A DNA stretch of 64,000 bases from Promethearchaeota archaeon (GCA_048938895.1 JBHLLU010000006.1:1-64000); one strand, 5' to 3'; counted from the first letter of the stretch, positions 20,370-30,974 are shown. The notes: generated by a model from the sequence alone, not told the origin. A program made the numbers and translations.

Positions 20370-21422
20370 TTAAATTGCTATGGTTTTTTTTTGGGAATCC
20401 ATTGCCAGTTTTTTTTTCTTCCTCCGAACCATCTCTACAAACGATTCTACACGCGTAAGTAATCCTGCTTCACCCGAATGTTCATCCATTGTAATTTCTA
20501 AGAAAGGAAGGCCTACAACTTTCATATCTCGCATAATCAATTCGGATATAAGGCTATCAGGACCACAAGCGAAGCTTATAAGAAAGATTACGCCATCTAT
20601 CTCACCACGACCTCTCGTAAGAAAATATCTTATAGATTGCATTATTTCTTCTTCATGCCGCCAATAATTTCTAAGACGTTTGTTTACTATAACAGGTGTT
20701 TTAAAAATTTCTTCAGGTAGATTTTCAATTGTAATTACTTTGACACCTTGATCCTGCAATTTTTTCTGAAAATCTAAATTTATAAAGGTATCAAAAATAT
20801 TGTATGCATGACCGAGAAGCAAAAATCTTAAATCTCCCTTTTGTTTTCTTTTTGGTAATGTAAAAGGTCTGTTTCTTTCCACAAATCTCAAAGCATGATT
20901 GACAGATGCTCCATCTCGTAGGAATCTATGATATTCATCAAAATATTTTTGAGCTTCTCTATAAGCATTTAGAGACTGATTTTGAGTTCGCCCTAACTCC
21001 TTCCCTAACTCAATTGCAGAAGTAGCTACTGGGAATTCCTTGACATTTACTTCAAAATTTAATATTTTGGGGACTCCTGGTAGAATTTTAATAATATCTG
21101 GTAGGGATAAAAATTTTGGACAAAAATATGCCTCTTTTACTTCTGCTACATATCTAGGGACAAAAATATAATCTAAATCAGGATTATCTCGTATTAATTT
21201 TAACACTTGACCATAATAGATCTTTACAGGTATGCACAATTCCCCAAATCCATGCGTTACACCCTCTTCTACTATTTTTTTGTTGGTTGGAGGGCTTAGA
21301 ACAATCTCAACTTCTAATTCTTCAAGTAATTTTTTCCAAAAGGGAAAATATCTGTAGAAGTGAAGTGCTCTAGGTATTCCCACCTTTATTTTTTTCTCGC
21401 TTGCTTGTTTACTTGATTCCAT
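20370..21422 (-). CDS. acyl-CoA dehydratase activase-related protein (DUF2229)
   Basis: VGIPRAL, CIPVK, CPKF, FACGPDS, DEHSGEAGLLTRVESF. Confidence 0.82.
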   Translation of the reverse strand: MESSKQASEKKIKVGIPRALHFYRYFPFWKKLLEELEVEIVLSPPTNKKIVEEGVTHGFGELCIPVKIYYGQVLKLIRDNPDLDYIFVPRYVAEVKEAYFCPKFLSLPDIIKILPGVPKILNFEVNVKEFPVATSAIELGKELGRTQNQSLNAYREAQKYFDEYHRFLRDGASVNHALRFVERNRPFTLPKRKQKGDLRFLLLGHAYNIFDTFINLDFQKKLQDQGVKVITIENLPEEIFKTPVIVNKRLRNYWRHEEEIMQSIRYFLTRGRGEIDGVIFLISFACGPDSLISELIMRDMKVVGLPFLEITMDEHSGEAGLLTRVESFVEMVRRKKKKLAMDSQKKTIAI

Positions 21423-21517
21423 TTATTTAAGTCTCCAATGACTCACAAATGAGGAGTATCATATTTGTTAATACATCTTGGTTAAAATTTATTGTTATTT
21501 CAATAAGAAAAAAAGCA

Positions 21518-22111
21518 TTATAATGCTAGAAAATTTTTTAGTATTTTCATTCCAAAAGGTTTCATCATTATTGACTCTGGATGGAATTGAATACCCTCAA
21601 TTGGATATTGTTTGTGTCGAACAGCCATAATTACTCCATCGTCAGCTGTAGCCGTGATTTTAAGACATTGGGGCAAAATTTCCTGTTTAGCCGCTAAAGA
21701 ATGATACCTAATCCCTAATAACGGGTTAGGAACATTACTAAAAATAGTTTCTTGGTCGTGAAATATTTTAGAAATCTTACCATGCATAGGTCCTACATTT
21801 GCTCGTTCAACATAATCTTTACTTATATCATCTCCAAACGCTTCAACAATCGTTTGATGCCCTAGACAAATTCCAAGTATAGGAACTTTTGAATAAAATT
21901 CTTTTATAATTGAAATCGCAGAGCCAGTGTCATATTTCGGGTGTCCAGGTCCAGGAGAAATTACAATTTTATCCACTGATAAGCTCTTCACATATTCTAG
22001 AGATATACTGTTTTTTTCAACAAAAATATTCGATTTGGGTTCTAACTGACAGAAATAATTTACTAAATTATAAACAAAACTGTCATAATTATTAATAAAA
22101 AGGATGTTCAT
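21518..22111 (-). CDS. trpG: anthranilate synthase component II
   Basis: NYDSFVYNL, SPGPG, GICLGHQ, RYHSL, QFHPES. Confidence 0.95.
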   Translation of the reverse strand: MNILFINNYDSFVYNLVNYFCQLEPKSNIFVEKNSISLEYVKSLSVDKIVISPGPGHPKYDTGSAISIIKEFYSKVPILGICLGHQTIVEAFGDDISKDYVERANVGPMHGKISKIFHDQETIFSNVPNPLLGIRYHSLAAKQEILPQCLKITATADDGVIMAVRHKQYPIEGIQFHPESIMMKPFGMKILKNFLAL

Positions 22112-23604
22112 TATTCTCTCACCTCTGCTATTTTGATTGATTTTATTACGCTATACAATTTATTGTATGTTTCCATGTATTCTTTATCTGGTTGACTATC
22201 TGCAACAATACCACCACCCGCTTGAGCAAAATATTTATCCTTCATTCCAAATAATGTTCTAATAGCTATAGCAAAGGTCATATCACCATTGAAACTAAAA
22301 TAACCCACACCACCGCCATAAGGACCTCGATTTTCTGTTTCTAAATCTTGTATTATTTCCATGGCTCTAAGTTTTGGGGCACCTGAGAGCGTACCTGCAG
22401 GGAACACGCTTTTAAGGACTACATATCCATCTAATGGTGTCTTACTCCTTATTTTACTTACAATATGTTGGACTTTTTGATATTTTTGGATTGTCATTAG
22501 CTCAAAAGTATCAATTGTACCAGGATACGAGACTTTAGCAAGATCATTTCTAGCTAAATCGACTAACATTATATGTTCAGCTTGTTCTTTTGGATCATTT
22601 AATAACATTCTTTCTAATTCTAAATCTTCTTCTGGTGTCTTACCTCTTCTTATGGTTCCAGCAATTGGAACAGTGTTAAGAACATCCTTATCTTTAGATA
22701 TGAGTGCCTCAGGACTACTTCCAATAATTCTTATTTTATCAAAATTCATGCTATACATATATTGCGAAGGGTTTTGAACTCTTAAAACCTCGTAAATCGT
22801 CATTGGGTTTATTTTACTCTCTGTATATAGTCTTCGAGAAATGACTGCTTGGATTATATCACCTGCATAAATATGCTCTTTAGTTTTCTCGATCATTCTT
22901 TCATGAGCGCTCTTACTTGTATTAGATTTAAATCCAGATTCATCGATATCTTCAATATTAAAAGGAAGTTCCTTAACACTCTTCGATTTATGGTTTTTTT
23001 TAAATAGATCTAACTGATATCTAATGTTCTTATCTTTTGAATAATCATCAATGCTATTATCAACCAAAAATAATGAATTAGATTTATGTGAATATACAAG
23101 TGCTTTAGTATAAAGCCCCATTAAGATATCTGGAAAATCACTTGTTGATTTGTACCCAACGAAGGGAGCAACCACATCATAACCTATATATCCAAGCATC
23201 CCTCCATAAAATATATTTCTTGGAAATAGTTCTGTAAAGGGAAGATTTGAATAAGGAGTAAGAGAGCTCAGTGTATCGAGAGCAATCATATTATATTCGA
23301 CGTTATCCTTAAAGGGTAGTGGATTATGAGGTCTTTCCTGCCAAATATCTTTAGATTCTACATACTCCTTAATAGTTTCTCCTCTTGCAGTAGAAATGTC
23401 ATAAATTTTATATCTATTTTCGTTGATTTCCAACATGAAATCGGGTTCTAGTGCAATAAAGCTATAAAGGGTTTTTTTAGTATTTTCTGAAGCAGATTCT
23501 AATAATACATGCTTTCTTAACTCATACTTCTTCACCAAAAATTTATAGAATGCAAAAATATTATCCAATTCTCCTATTTTTTCTATATGAATATCAAATT
23601 CCAT
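22111..23604 (-). CDS. trpE: anthranilate synthase component I
   Basis: LLES, GSSPE, PIAGT, EHIMLVDLARND, FPAGTLSGAPK, AGGGIVADS. Confidence 0.95.
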   Translation of the reverse strand: MEFDIHIEKIGELDNIFAFYKFLVKKYELRKHVLLESASENTKKTLYSFIALEPDFMLEINENRYKIYDISTARGETIKEYVESKDIWQERPHNPLPFKDNVEYNMIALDTLSSLTPYSNLPFTELFPRNIFYGGMLGYIGYDVVAPFVGYKSTSDFPDILMGLYTKALVYSHKSNSLFLVDNSIDDYSKDKNIRYQLDLFKKNHKSKSVKELPFNIEDIDESGFKSNTSKSAHERMIEKTKEHIYAGDIIQAVISRRLYTESKINPMTIYEVLRVQNPSQYMYSMNFDKIRIIGSSPEALISKDKDVLNTVPIAGTIRRGKTPEEDLELERMLLNDPKEQAEHIMLVDLARNDLAKVSYPGTIDTFELMTIQKYQKVQHIVSKIRSKTPLDGYVVLKSVFPAGTLSGAPKLRAMEIIQDLETENRGPYGGGVGYFSFNGDMTFAIAIRTLFGMKDKYFAQAGGGIVADSQPDKEYMETYNKLYSVIKSIKIAEVRE

Positions 23605-23606
23605 AT

Positions 23607-24446
23607 TTAATTCAACCCCTTAATAGCCTTTTTGATACTAGATACAAATTCCACTAAATCTTGTTCCATTTCTTCATAATTATTTAAATTTTTTTTAATT
23701 AAATTAACTATTGCTGACCCTATTATGATACCATCAGCTCCGGCATCTATTATTGTAGTGGCATGTTCCTGCTTAGAAATACCAAAACCAACGAATACAG
23801 GGAGTAGTTTATTTGTTTTTTGCTTCATTCTTTTAATTGTATCTTTTGTAATTTGAGCTACTCTTTCTCGTGCTCCAGTTACTCCCATTACTGATATTAA
23901 ATATATGAATCCTCTCGCAACCTTCAAAATTTTTTCCAATCTATCTTCTGTAGTTGAGGGGGCAATTAGAAAAATTAAGCAAATATTATATTTTTCACAT
24001 AGCTTCAAGGTTAAATTGGCTTCCTCAATAGGTAAATCTCCAATTACAATGCCATCAATACCGCATTCTTTTAAATTTTTAAATGTTATATCAAGAGAAT
24101 CTTCAACGGTATCTGCTCCTTGGATTAGAATATTGTAATAAGTGAGAATAACTATAGGTTTTTCAGTTTTTTCTCTTATATCTTTTATGGCGCGTAATGC
24201 TACTTTTGTATTTATACCTGCATTGAACGCTCTAACATTTGCTTCTTGAATTGTAGGTCCATCTGCTATAGGATCACTGAATGGTAGCCCTATTTCAATA
24301 ATATCTGAATATGGTTCGATTTTTTCAACAAGAACTTTAAATTCGTCAATATTTGGGTCACCCGCAACTAAAAAGGGCATAAAATATTTCTCATCCTTCC
24401 GCTTTTCATCTTTAAATAACTTTAAAATTCTGTTTGAATCGATCAT
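23607..24446 (-). CDS. trpA: tryptophan synthase alpha chain
   Basis: [35 protein letters not shown]. Confidence 0.96.
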   Translation of the reverse strand: MIDSNRILKLFKDEKRKDEKYFMPFLVAGDPNIDEFKVLVEKIEPYSDIIEIGLPFSDPIADGPTIQEANVRAFNAGINTKVALRAIKDIREKTEKPIVILTYYNILIQGADTVEDSLDITFKNLKECGIDGIVIGDLPIEEANLTLKLCEKYNICLIFLIAPSTTEDRLEKILKVARGFIYLISVMGVTGARERVAQITKDTIKRMKQKTNKLLPVFVGFGISKQEHATTIIDAGADGIIIGSAIVNLIKKNLNNYEEMEQDLVEFVSSIKKAIKGLN

Positions 24447-25654
24447 TTTACCTTAAACTCCATATGTTTTTTTAAAATATCCAAATCCTTAGAACCGCTA
24501 CCAGACAAATTTACAACCACAATGTCTTCTTTATTAAACTCATCCTTTATTTTTTCCAAATATGCTAGAGCATGAGAACTTTCGAGAGCTGGAATAATTC
24601 CCTCTAATAAACATAATTTATTAAATGCCTTTAGGGTTTCTTCATCAGTAGCCTCGCCGACTCTGAGGCGATTAAGTTCTTTTAAGAAGCAATGTTCAGG
24701 ACCGACACCAGGATAATCTAATCCCGCACTTATTGAATGGGTTTCCAATATATTCCCATATTTATTCTGTAATAAATACATCAATGACCCATGAAGCACT
24801 CCTTTTCGTCCTAAACCTAAGGCAATAGAGTGTTTTTCAGTTTCTTTACCCTCCCCAGCTGCCTCAATTCCAATTAATTTAACATCTTTATCATCAATAA
24901 AATCATACATAATTCCAATTGCGTTGCTTCCTCCACCAATGCATGCAATTATATAATTTGGAAGCTTTCCCTCTAATTTTATAATTTGTTTTCTTGTCTC
25001 TTTACCTATAATTCTCTGAAATTCTCTGACTATTAGCGGATAAGGATGTGGGCCAACAACACTTCCCATCAAGTAATGAGTATCATCTACATTAGCGATC
25101 CAATAGCGAAGCCCTTCATTTACAGCGTCTTTTAATGTTTTTGATCCAGACTTAACAGAAATTACTTCTGCACCAAGAAGCTGCATCCTATAAACATTGT
25201 AGGCTTGTCTCTCGATATCAATTTCACCCATAAAAACTTTGGTTTCCATCCCAAAATAAGCTCCAGCTATAGCAGTCGCAAATCCGTGTTGTCCGGCACC
25301 TGTCTCTGCCACAAGTTTTGTTTTTCCTATTTTCTTTGCCAGAAGAGCTTGACCCATAACGTTATTTATCTTATGTGCTCCTCCATGATTTAAGTCTTCT
25401 CGCTTTAAATAAACTTTACATCCAATATATTCACTCAATCTAGCTGCGTAATATAAGGGTGTAGGTCTACCACTGTAATCTTTAAGAATTTGATAATATT
25501 CATTTTGAAATGACTCATTAGGTAGATATTTATGACAAGCTTCTGTTAATTCTTGAAGTGCTGGCATGAGAATTTCGGGTGCAAAAATGCCTCCGAATTC
25601 ACCAAACTTGCCCTGTTCATCAGGATATTTATCTATATAATCCATTTTTATCAT
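24443..25654 (-). CDS. trpB: tryptophan synthase beta chain (TrpB1 type)
   Basis: [50 protein letters not shown]. Confidence 0.97.
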   Translation of the reverse strand: MIKMDYIDKYPDEQGKFGEFGGIFAPEILMPALQELTEACHKYLPNESFQNEYYQILKDYSGRPTPLYYAARLSEYIGCKVYLKREDLNHGGAHKINNVMGQALLAKKIGKTKLVAETGAGQHGFATAIAGAYFGMETKVFMGEIDIERQAYNVYRMQLLGAEVISVKSGSKTLKDAVNEGLRYWIANVDDTHYLMGSVVGPHPYPLIVREFQRIIGKETRKQIIKLEGKLPNYIIACIGGGSNAIGIMYDFIDDKDVKLIGIEAAGEGKETEKHSIALGLGRKGVLHGSLMYLLQNKYGNILETHSISAGLDYPGVGPEHCFLKELNRLRVGEATDEETLKAFNKLCLLEGIIPALESSHALAYLEKIKDEFNKEDIVVVNLSGSGSKDLDILKKHMEFKVK

Positions 25655-26304
25655 ACTCTTGAGTAATTATTTATTTCTTCTATTTTAATCAAAAAATCTT
25701 CTAATTTTTTAAGATCCTTTATACCTTTCTCAGATTCCAAAGCACTACTTACATCTATTCCGTACGGATTTAATTCCCTATAAACCTTTTCAACATTATT
25801 AATATTGATTCCACCAGCAAGGATAATTTTTGCTTTACTATACTTTTTTAAAAATTGTTTTATAAGGTTAAAGTTAAACGCTTTTCCACTACCTTCACTA
25901 TTATCTAATAAAATTCCATAAACATCACCGTAAATTTGATTGATTTGAGTCATAATTTGATTTTTGTTTTTATAGCTTAATTTTATTGCTACAATAATTT
26001 TCATTCTTAAGTTCCTATCAAGCTTCTTTATTTCAACTAATTCAAATTGAGGGTGTATTTGATATAGATCTGCTTCTATATCATTCATTATCTTAATTAA
26101 TTCTGAGATATTTACAGGTTTACAAACAATAACAGTTAAGATATTTTTGTTTACTACTTCAAGGAGTTTTAAGAGTTCCTGTTTTCCTAAATTTCTTGGA
26201 GATTCCGGAACATTATAAATAAAACCTACAGCAAAAGCATCTTTTTCAATGCATAGTTTTATTTCCTCTGATTTTTTCAAACCACAGATTTTTACGAATT
26301 CCAC
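25651..26304 (-). CDS. trpF: phosphoribosylanthranilate isomerase
   Basis: VKICG, SPR, GSGKAF, LAGGI, IDVSS.LE. Confidence 0.93.
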   Translation of the reverse strand: MEFVKICGLKKSEEIKLCIEKDAFAVGFIYNVPESPRNLGKQELLKLLEVVNKNILTVIVCKPVNISELIKIMNDIEADLYQIHPQFELVEIKKLDRNLRMKIIVAIKLSYKNKNQIMTQINQIYGDVYGILLDNSEGSGKAFNFNLIKQFLKKYSKAKIILAGGININNVEKVYRELNPYGIDVSSALESEKGIKDLKKLEDFLIKIEEINNYSRV

Positions 26305-27098
26305 TATATTATCCCCCTTAATGACAGAATTTTTTTTTTTATATTTTCAGATTTCATTATAGAAGAACCAATTAAAAAAGCATCTGCTCCATAAGATTGA
26401 AGATATTTAATGTCTTCAAGGGAATTTATTCCACTCTCACTAATTACAATAATATTATCATCAAATAGTCGCTTGATTTCAGGGATTAATACTTCAGAAA
26501 CTGATAAATCAATTTCTAATGTTTTGAGATTTCTATTATTTACTCCAATCAAATTAAGTTTCATTCCAATCTCTTTTAAGTGCTCAATATCTTTGATCTC
26601 TTCAATATTATGTATTTCAATTAATGGTTCCAAATTGAATTCTTGCGCTAACTCTAGCATTTCTTCAAGGTTTCCAAGAAGATTGATAAGTAAGATATTT
26701 GTGGCACCCAAGTCTTGAGCTATCTTAAATTGGGTATCGCAAAAGACAAAATCTTTCATTAAGCACGGGAGATTACTTTCTTCTGACGCTAGATAAAGAT
26801 TTGAAAATGAACCACTAAAATATTTCGGTTCGGTAAGGATACTAAGCCCAATGACTCCAGATTCCTCCATTATATGTACAAGCTCAGGTATATTAATTTC
26901 GTTCCTAATTTCTCCTAGCGTTGGAGATGCTGGTTTAATTTCTGATATAATCGAGATCCCATTGTTTACTTTAATAGCACTACTTAACGATCCCCGATTT
27001 TGGTCTTTTGATTTTTTATCAAGAGCATTCAATTTCTTAAATTGTTGCTCTAACGATTTCTTGCGACTTTCAAGAATTTCAAATAATATATTTGACAT
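26304..27098 (-). CDS. trpC: indole-3-glycerol phosphate synthase
   Basis: EIKPASP, SILTE, KDF, GVNNRNL, SESGI, LIGSSIM. Confidence 0.95.
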   Translation of the reverse strand: MSNILFEILESRKKSLEQQFKKLNALDKKSKDQNRGSLSSAIKVNNGISIISEIKPASPTLGEIRNEINIPELVHIMEESGVIGLSILTEPKYFSGSFSNLYLASEESNLPCLMKDFVFCDTQFKIAQDLGATNILLINLLGNLEEMLELAQEFNLEPLIEIHNIEEIKDIEHLKEIGMKLNLIGVNNRNLKTLEIDLSVSEVLIPEIKRLFDDNIIVISESGINSLEDIKYLQSYGADAFLIGSSIMKSENIKKKILSLRGII

Positions 27099-28183
27099 TA
27101 TTTTTCTAATTTTAGTGAGTTATAATTTTTTCCGCTCGAAACTTGAATAAGTTCCTTAAGAGTGCCCAAAGCTTTTCCAGATTCGATAGAGTCTTTAGCA
27201 ATTGAAACACCTTCTATGAAATCATTTGTTATATTTGCACTTTTTAACGCTAAAGCGGCATTCATTAAAACAGTATTGTATTTTGCTCCATTATCTTCAT
27301 TCTTAAGGATTTTTCTAGCAATTTCCAGATTTTCTTCAAGGCTCCCTGCTAAAAGATCATTTATTGTACAATCAGGAAGGTGAAAATCTTTATTTGTAAT
27401 TGCATAACTTTCAAGAGTGCCATTATTATATTCCGTTATATAATTTATTCCAACTGGTGCTAGTTCATCAATCCCACATGAATTATAAACGGTATACACG
27501 TGTTTTGCTTCTAGATTCTGTAATACTTTTGCCATTATTGGTGCTAAATCTTTATTAAACACACCTAATATATGATATTTGGCATTTGCAGGATTTGTAA
27601 GGGGACCAAGAATATTAAATACTGTTCTTGTCTTGATTTCACGTCTAGTTGGCATCGCATATTTCATAGCTGGATGAAATAAAGGTGCGAACATGAATCC
27701 AAACCCTACTTGTTCAATACAATTTTTGACATTCTCTGGTTCTAAATTAATATTTACTCCTAAACCTTCTAATAGATCCGCACTTCCACAATTGCTAGTT
27801 ACAGCACGATTACCATGTTTAGCGATGGGTACTCCAGAACCTGCAACCACTAAAGCAGAAATTGTGCTTATATTAAATGTTTTAATTTTATCTCCTCCTG
27901 TACCACATGTATCTAATAATTCTCCAATTATTTGGGGTTCAATACAAGTCGCAAACTCTCTCATAATTCGTGCAAAACCAGTAATTTCTTCGTAAGTTTC
28001 TCTTTTCATCTGTAAACCCATTAAAAGTGCACCCAACTGAGCATCAGTCACTTTTCCAGACATTATTTCTCTCATAACATCTTCTGCTTCTTTTATAGAA
28101 AGGGATTCTCTTTTACTTAATTTCTTTAATCCGTTAATTATGTTTTCCTCAGACATTTTAAATCTACTTTTGTTTTCATTCAA
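27098..28183 (-). CDS. trpD: anthranilate phosphoribosyltransferase (start may be ATG 28156)
   Basis: DTCGTGGD, FNIST, AKHGNR, GSADLLE, HPAMK, RTVFNILGPLTNP. Confidence 0.96.
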   Translation of the reverse strand: MNENKSRFKMSEENIINGLKKLSKRESLSIKEAEDVMREIMSGKVTDAQLGALLMGLQMKRETYEEITGFARIMREFATCIEPQIIGELLDTCGTGGDKIKTFNISTISALVVAGSGVPIAKHGNRAVTSNCGSADLLEGLGVNINLEPENVKNCIEQVGFGFMFAPLFHPAMKYAMPTRREIKTRTVFNILGPLTNPANAKYHILGVFNKDLAPIMAKVLQNLEAKHVYTVYNSCGIDELAPVGINYITEYNNGTLESYAITNKDFHLPDCTINDLLAGSLEENLEIARKILKNEDNGAKYNTVLMNAALALKSANITNDFIEGVSIAKDSIESGKALGTLKELIQVSSGKNYNSLKLEK

Positions 28184-28223
28184 TTTTAATAGTCTAATCT
28201 AATTGATTTTATAGTTCATAATA

Positions 28224-28352
28224 TCTTAGAATTTCTGATAATCTTAAAAGATGTTTTAAGTCATTGGATTTTCATTAAAATACAAAATGAAAGCGATAGT
28301 GATTACAAATCAGAAAATCTAAGAATTAATTTAAACAATTGAATTAGGCGTT
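28224..28352 (-). promoter_or_regulatory. structured trp leader RNA (candidate attenuator platform)
   Basis: 15/16 inverted repeat 28224-28239/28309-28324 enclosing two 7-bp hairpins (28243-28260 and 28270-28292); AACGCC at 28352-28347 is complementary to the Trp-codon region. Confidence 0.6.
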
Positions 28353-28405
28353 CACACACGCCACCAACACTGCCAACGCCAAGAAAATATTTTTACAGTT
28401 GACAT
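28352..28405 (-). CDS. trpL: Trp-rich leader peptide MSTVKIFSWRWQCWWRV
   Basis: ATG TCA ACT GTA AAA ATA TTT TCT TGG CGT TGG CAG TGT TGG TGG CGT GTG TGA; AGGATGA RBS 8 nt upstream; lies directly before trpD on the same strand. Confidence 0.85.
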   Translation of the reverse strand: MSTVKIFSWRWQCWWRV

Positions 28406-28413
28406 TTATTAAA

Positions 28414-28464
28414 TCATCCTTAAATTATTAGGTTTTAAGATTTGTTAATTTATATACTTTATTT
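28414..28464 (-). promoter_or_regulatory. BRE-TATA promoter and RBS of the trp leader
   Basis: Minus strand reads AAATAAAG-TATATAAA (TATA at 28456-28449), then AGGATGA (28420-28414). Confidence 0.55.
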
Positions 28465-28576
28465 GTTTTTTAGGAAAGAAGAAATTAAATATCCTGATGA
28501 AATTTAGTTAGTGTGAATTCCTAAATCTTTTAATAAAAAATTAAGAGGTTAAAAAATTTTTTTTTGGTTTAGATTC

Positions 28577-30244
28577 CTAAACATCAGGAACATCGTAAAA
28601 TAGTAATTCCTTTATTCGATCCATCATGTTAGCTGTTAATCTTCTGAGTTCATCATAATCCGGCATAGGTTTATCCCAATATTGTTTGTGCTCCATAAAA
28701 GGTTCACCTGCCCTTAAAATTTGACCCTTGTAGAAACTTAACATCTTCGCATGCTTGGGATAAGTTGATTCGGTGCCAGTTATCCCTATAGGGATTATCG
28801 GGGCTTTTGTTTGGATTGCTAATCGCATTGGTCCCGTATGTCCCTCTAATAGTTGACCATTCCCTGTATTAGTTGTACCCTCTGGATATGTAATAACAAC
28901 TTTCCCTTCTTCAAGAAGTTTTCTTGCATATTCAAATGATTCGACATCGTGCATTCCGCGTTTTAATGGGAACGCATGGTGATCTCTAACCCATGCATTA
29001 ACAAGAGGAATTTTAAAAAGAGATTGTTTTGCCATCTGGTAAGCAACACGTCTAGGAGGGTGATGTATAATACTTGCTGCTAGAATTAGAACATCCCATT
29101 CGGAATTATGACTTGGACAAATAAGAGCTGGACCTTCAGCAGGAATATATTTATCAAAATCAATTGCTCTATATGGCATCATTATATCAGACCAACCGCA
29201 GACGAGATCGCCTGAGAAACATTGAACAGATCTCTGGAATTGCTCTCGAACTCCAAATTCTTCTAAACTCCTTAAAAAAGCATACCACGCGTCATCTATA
29301 AGTTTTACAACACCTTTGGCTTGATCCTTTAAATAACTCATTATGTTAAACTTTGATTCTTTCTGAACTTCTTCTGGAGAACCAATAGATAATTCTTGCT
29401 CTTCTTTCCTACCATAAAGACCCTCACGTAATTCCCATACCACATTTCTCAATTCATCCGTCAATCTTCTTATATCCTCATAAGATACTGAATTAATATC
29501 GTAATCGTTATAATGAATGGGATCAGCCACACGTACTTTAACTTGAGTCGGTTTCATAACCAATTTCCCCTTGGGAAGTGCGTTTCGGCTTCCAATTACC
29601 GCCATAGGTACTATTGGAACCTGCATCTCTATTGCGAGTCTTACTGCTCCCGTTTTGAACTCACCTAATTCTCCATCATAACTACGAGTACCCTCTGGAA
29701 ATATTCCAACCCACTCTCCTCCGCGGATAATCTCTTTAGCTTTATTCCATCCTCGTTCGGGAGTTTCACGATCTACTTTAAATGCCCCTAGATTATGAAA
29801 GAGAGTTTTTACAATTGGTGTCTTAAAATTGTCTAATTTGCTCATGTAGCGAATCCTTCTATGACAAGCCGCCCCATAGAAAAATGGATCTAAATGGCTT
29901 TCATGATTGCCAACAAGAATGCCTGGACCCCACTCTGGAAACATGTTCTCCTTCGGATATTCTGTTTTAAAATTCCAGAATGTTCGAACCGCCCATTTGA
30001 TATAAACATAAGCAGCCCACCATTGAAGCCTTCCTTCTATTTGTTTTAAGTCTAATCGTCTAATTATGTACCTATATAAGTCATTAAGAGGGTCAATAGG
30101 ATTGAATTTCATAATTTTATAAGTCCAGTCTTGATGTCGTTTCTCGTATTTTAATTCTTCTTGCATCTTTTCTTCTGTGGACTTCCGACGTTCGATTTCT
30201 GCGGCGATTTCATAACCTTTTTTCTCTATTTTTTCAAGCACCAT
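28577..30244 (-). CDS. lysophospholipid acyltransferase with two tandem PlsC domains
   Basis: NHESHLD..FPEGTR and SHNSEWD..YPEGTT: two HX4D/PEG sets. Confidence 0.9.
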   Translation of the reverse strand: MVLEKIEKKGYEIAAEIERRKSTEEKMQEELKYEKRHQDWTYKIMKFNPIDPLNDLYRYIIRRLDLKQIEGRLQWWAAYVYIKWAVRTFWNFKTEYPKENMFPEWGPGILVGNHESHLDPFFYGAACHRRIRYMSKLDNFKTPIVKTLFHNLGAFKVDRETPERGWNKAKEIIRGGEWVGIFPEGTRSYDGELGEFKTGAVRLAIEMQVPIVPMAVIGSRNALPKGKLVMKPTQVKVRVADPIHYNDYDINSVSYEDIRRLTDELRNVVWELREGLYGRKEEQELSIGSPEEVQKESKFNIMSYLKDQAKGVVKLIDDAWYAFLRSLEEFGVREQFQRSVQCFSGDLVCGWSDIMMPYRAIDFDKYIPAEGPALICPSHNSEWDVLILAASIIHHPPRRVAYQMAKQSLFKIPLVNAWVRDHHAFPLKRGMHDVESFEYARKLLEEGKVVITYPEGTTNTGNGQLLEGHTGPMRLAIQTKAPIIPIGITGTESTYPKHAKMLSFYKGQILRAGEPFMEHKQYWDKPMPDYDELRRLTANMMDRIKELLFYDVPDV

Positions 30245-30530
30245 AATATCACACTAAACTTATTAAAAAAAGCTCTAAATTTTAATAAAAACTCATTTTT
30301 TCAGCTGAATTATCTTTATTAAAATACCCTTTTATATAAAAAATTATTGGTTGAATTAATACGAGAAAAAGTATGATTTCTTTTAGGTATTGAAAAGGCT
30401 TGAAAAAACACGATTGTTTACTCCTATAACGAGTTTTATAAAATTACTTTAATTATAACACAAATTTTATTTAAATTTACACTTTCCGTTAATTGGTTCC
30501 CGTAATTATGCGAAAAAGGTTTAGAAGGAT

Positions 30531-30974
30531 TTAACTCAAAAAATATTTAAAGAATTCCATAATATTCATTAATTTGTTGGTTTTTAGATTTAAGACAAAT
30601 CGAACAGCTTCCACACTAGCTAGAAGGCTATTATCTGATTCTTTAAACAATTCATGGTTAAATGTAAACGATGTATTTCCAATGTTTTTTATTGTTGTTT
30701 TAACAATCACATAATCTCCAAACTTAGCAGAACCTTCATAAGTAATATCGACATGTTTTACTCCGCAAGCTAGTCCTTCGTGGATCATTTCTTCAATGTA
30801 CCGCTTATTTCTATTTGAATTCATGAAACTTACAAAACCATCATCAAAATATACCATATAATTTTTAAAGTGGACCACACCCATAGAATCTGTATCGTTA
30901 AAGCGAACTTTTACTTTTGTTATATCTTGAGCATTTAACAATTTCTCTCTTAAGGATGATTTAACATCACTCAT
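30531..30974 (-). CDS. hot-dog acyl-CoA thioesterase (YbgC/4HBT family)
   Basis: VRFNDTDSMGVVHFKNYMVYFD. Confidence 0.9.
   Translation of the reverse strand: MSDVKSSLREKLLNAQDITKVKVRFNDTDSMGVVHFKNYMVYFDDGFVSFMNSNRNKRYIEEMIHEGLACGVKHVDITYEGSAKFGDYVIVKTTIKNIGNTSFTFNHELFKESDNSLLASVEAVRFVLNLKTNKLMNIMEFFKYFLS

Noticed and set aside
28138-28219. Other tiny ORFs in the trp leader (MNYKIN*, MKTKVDLKCLRKT*)
   Set aside because: No Trp codons and no clear RBS; expected by chance in AT-rich DNA.
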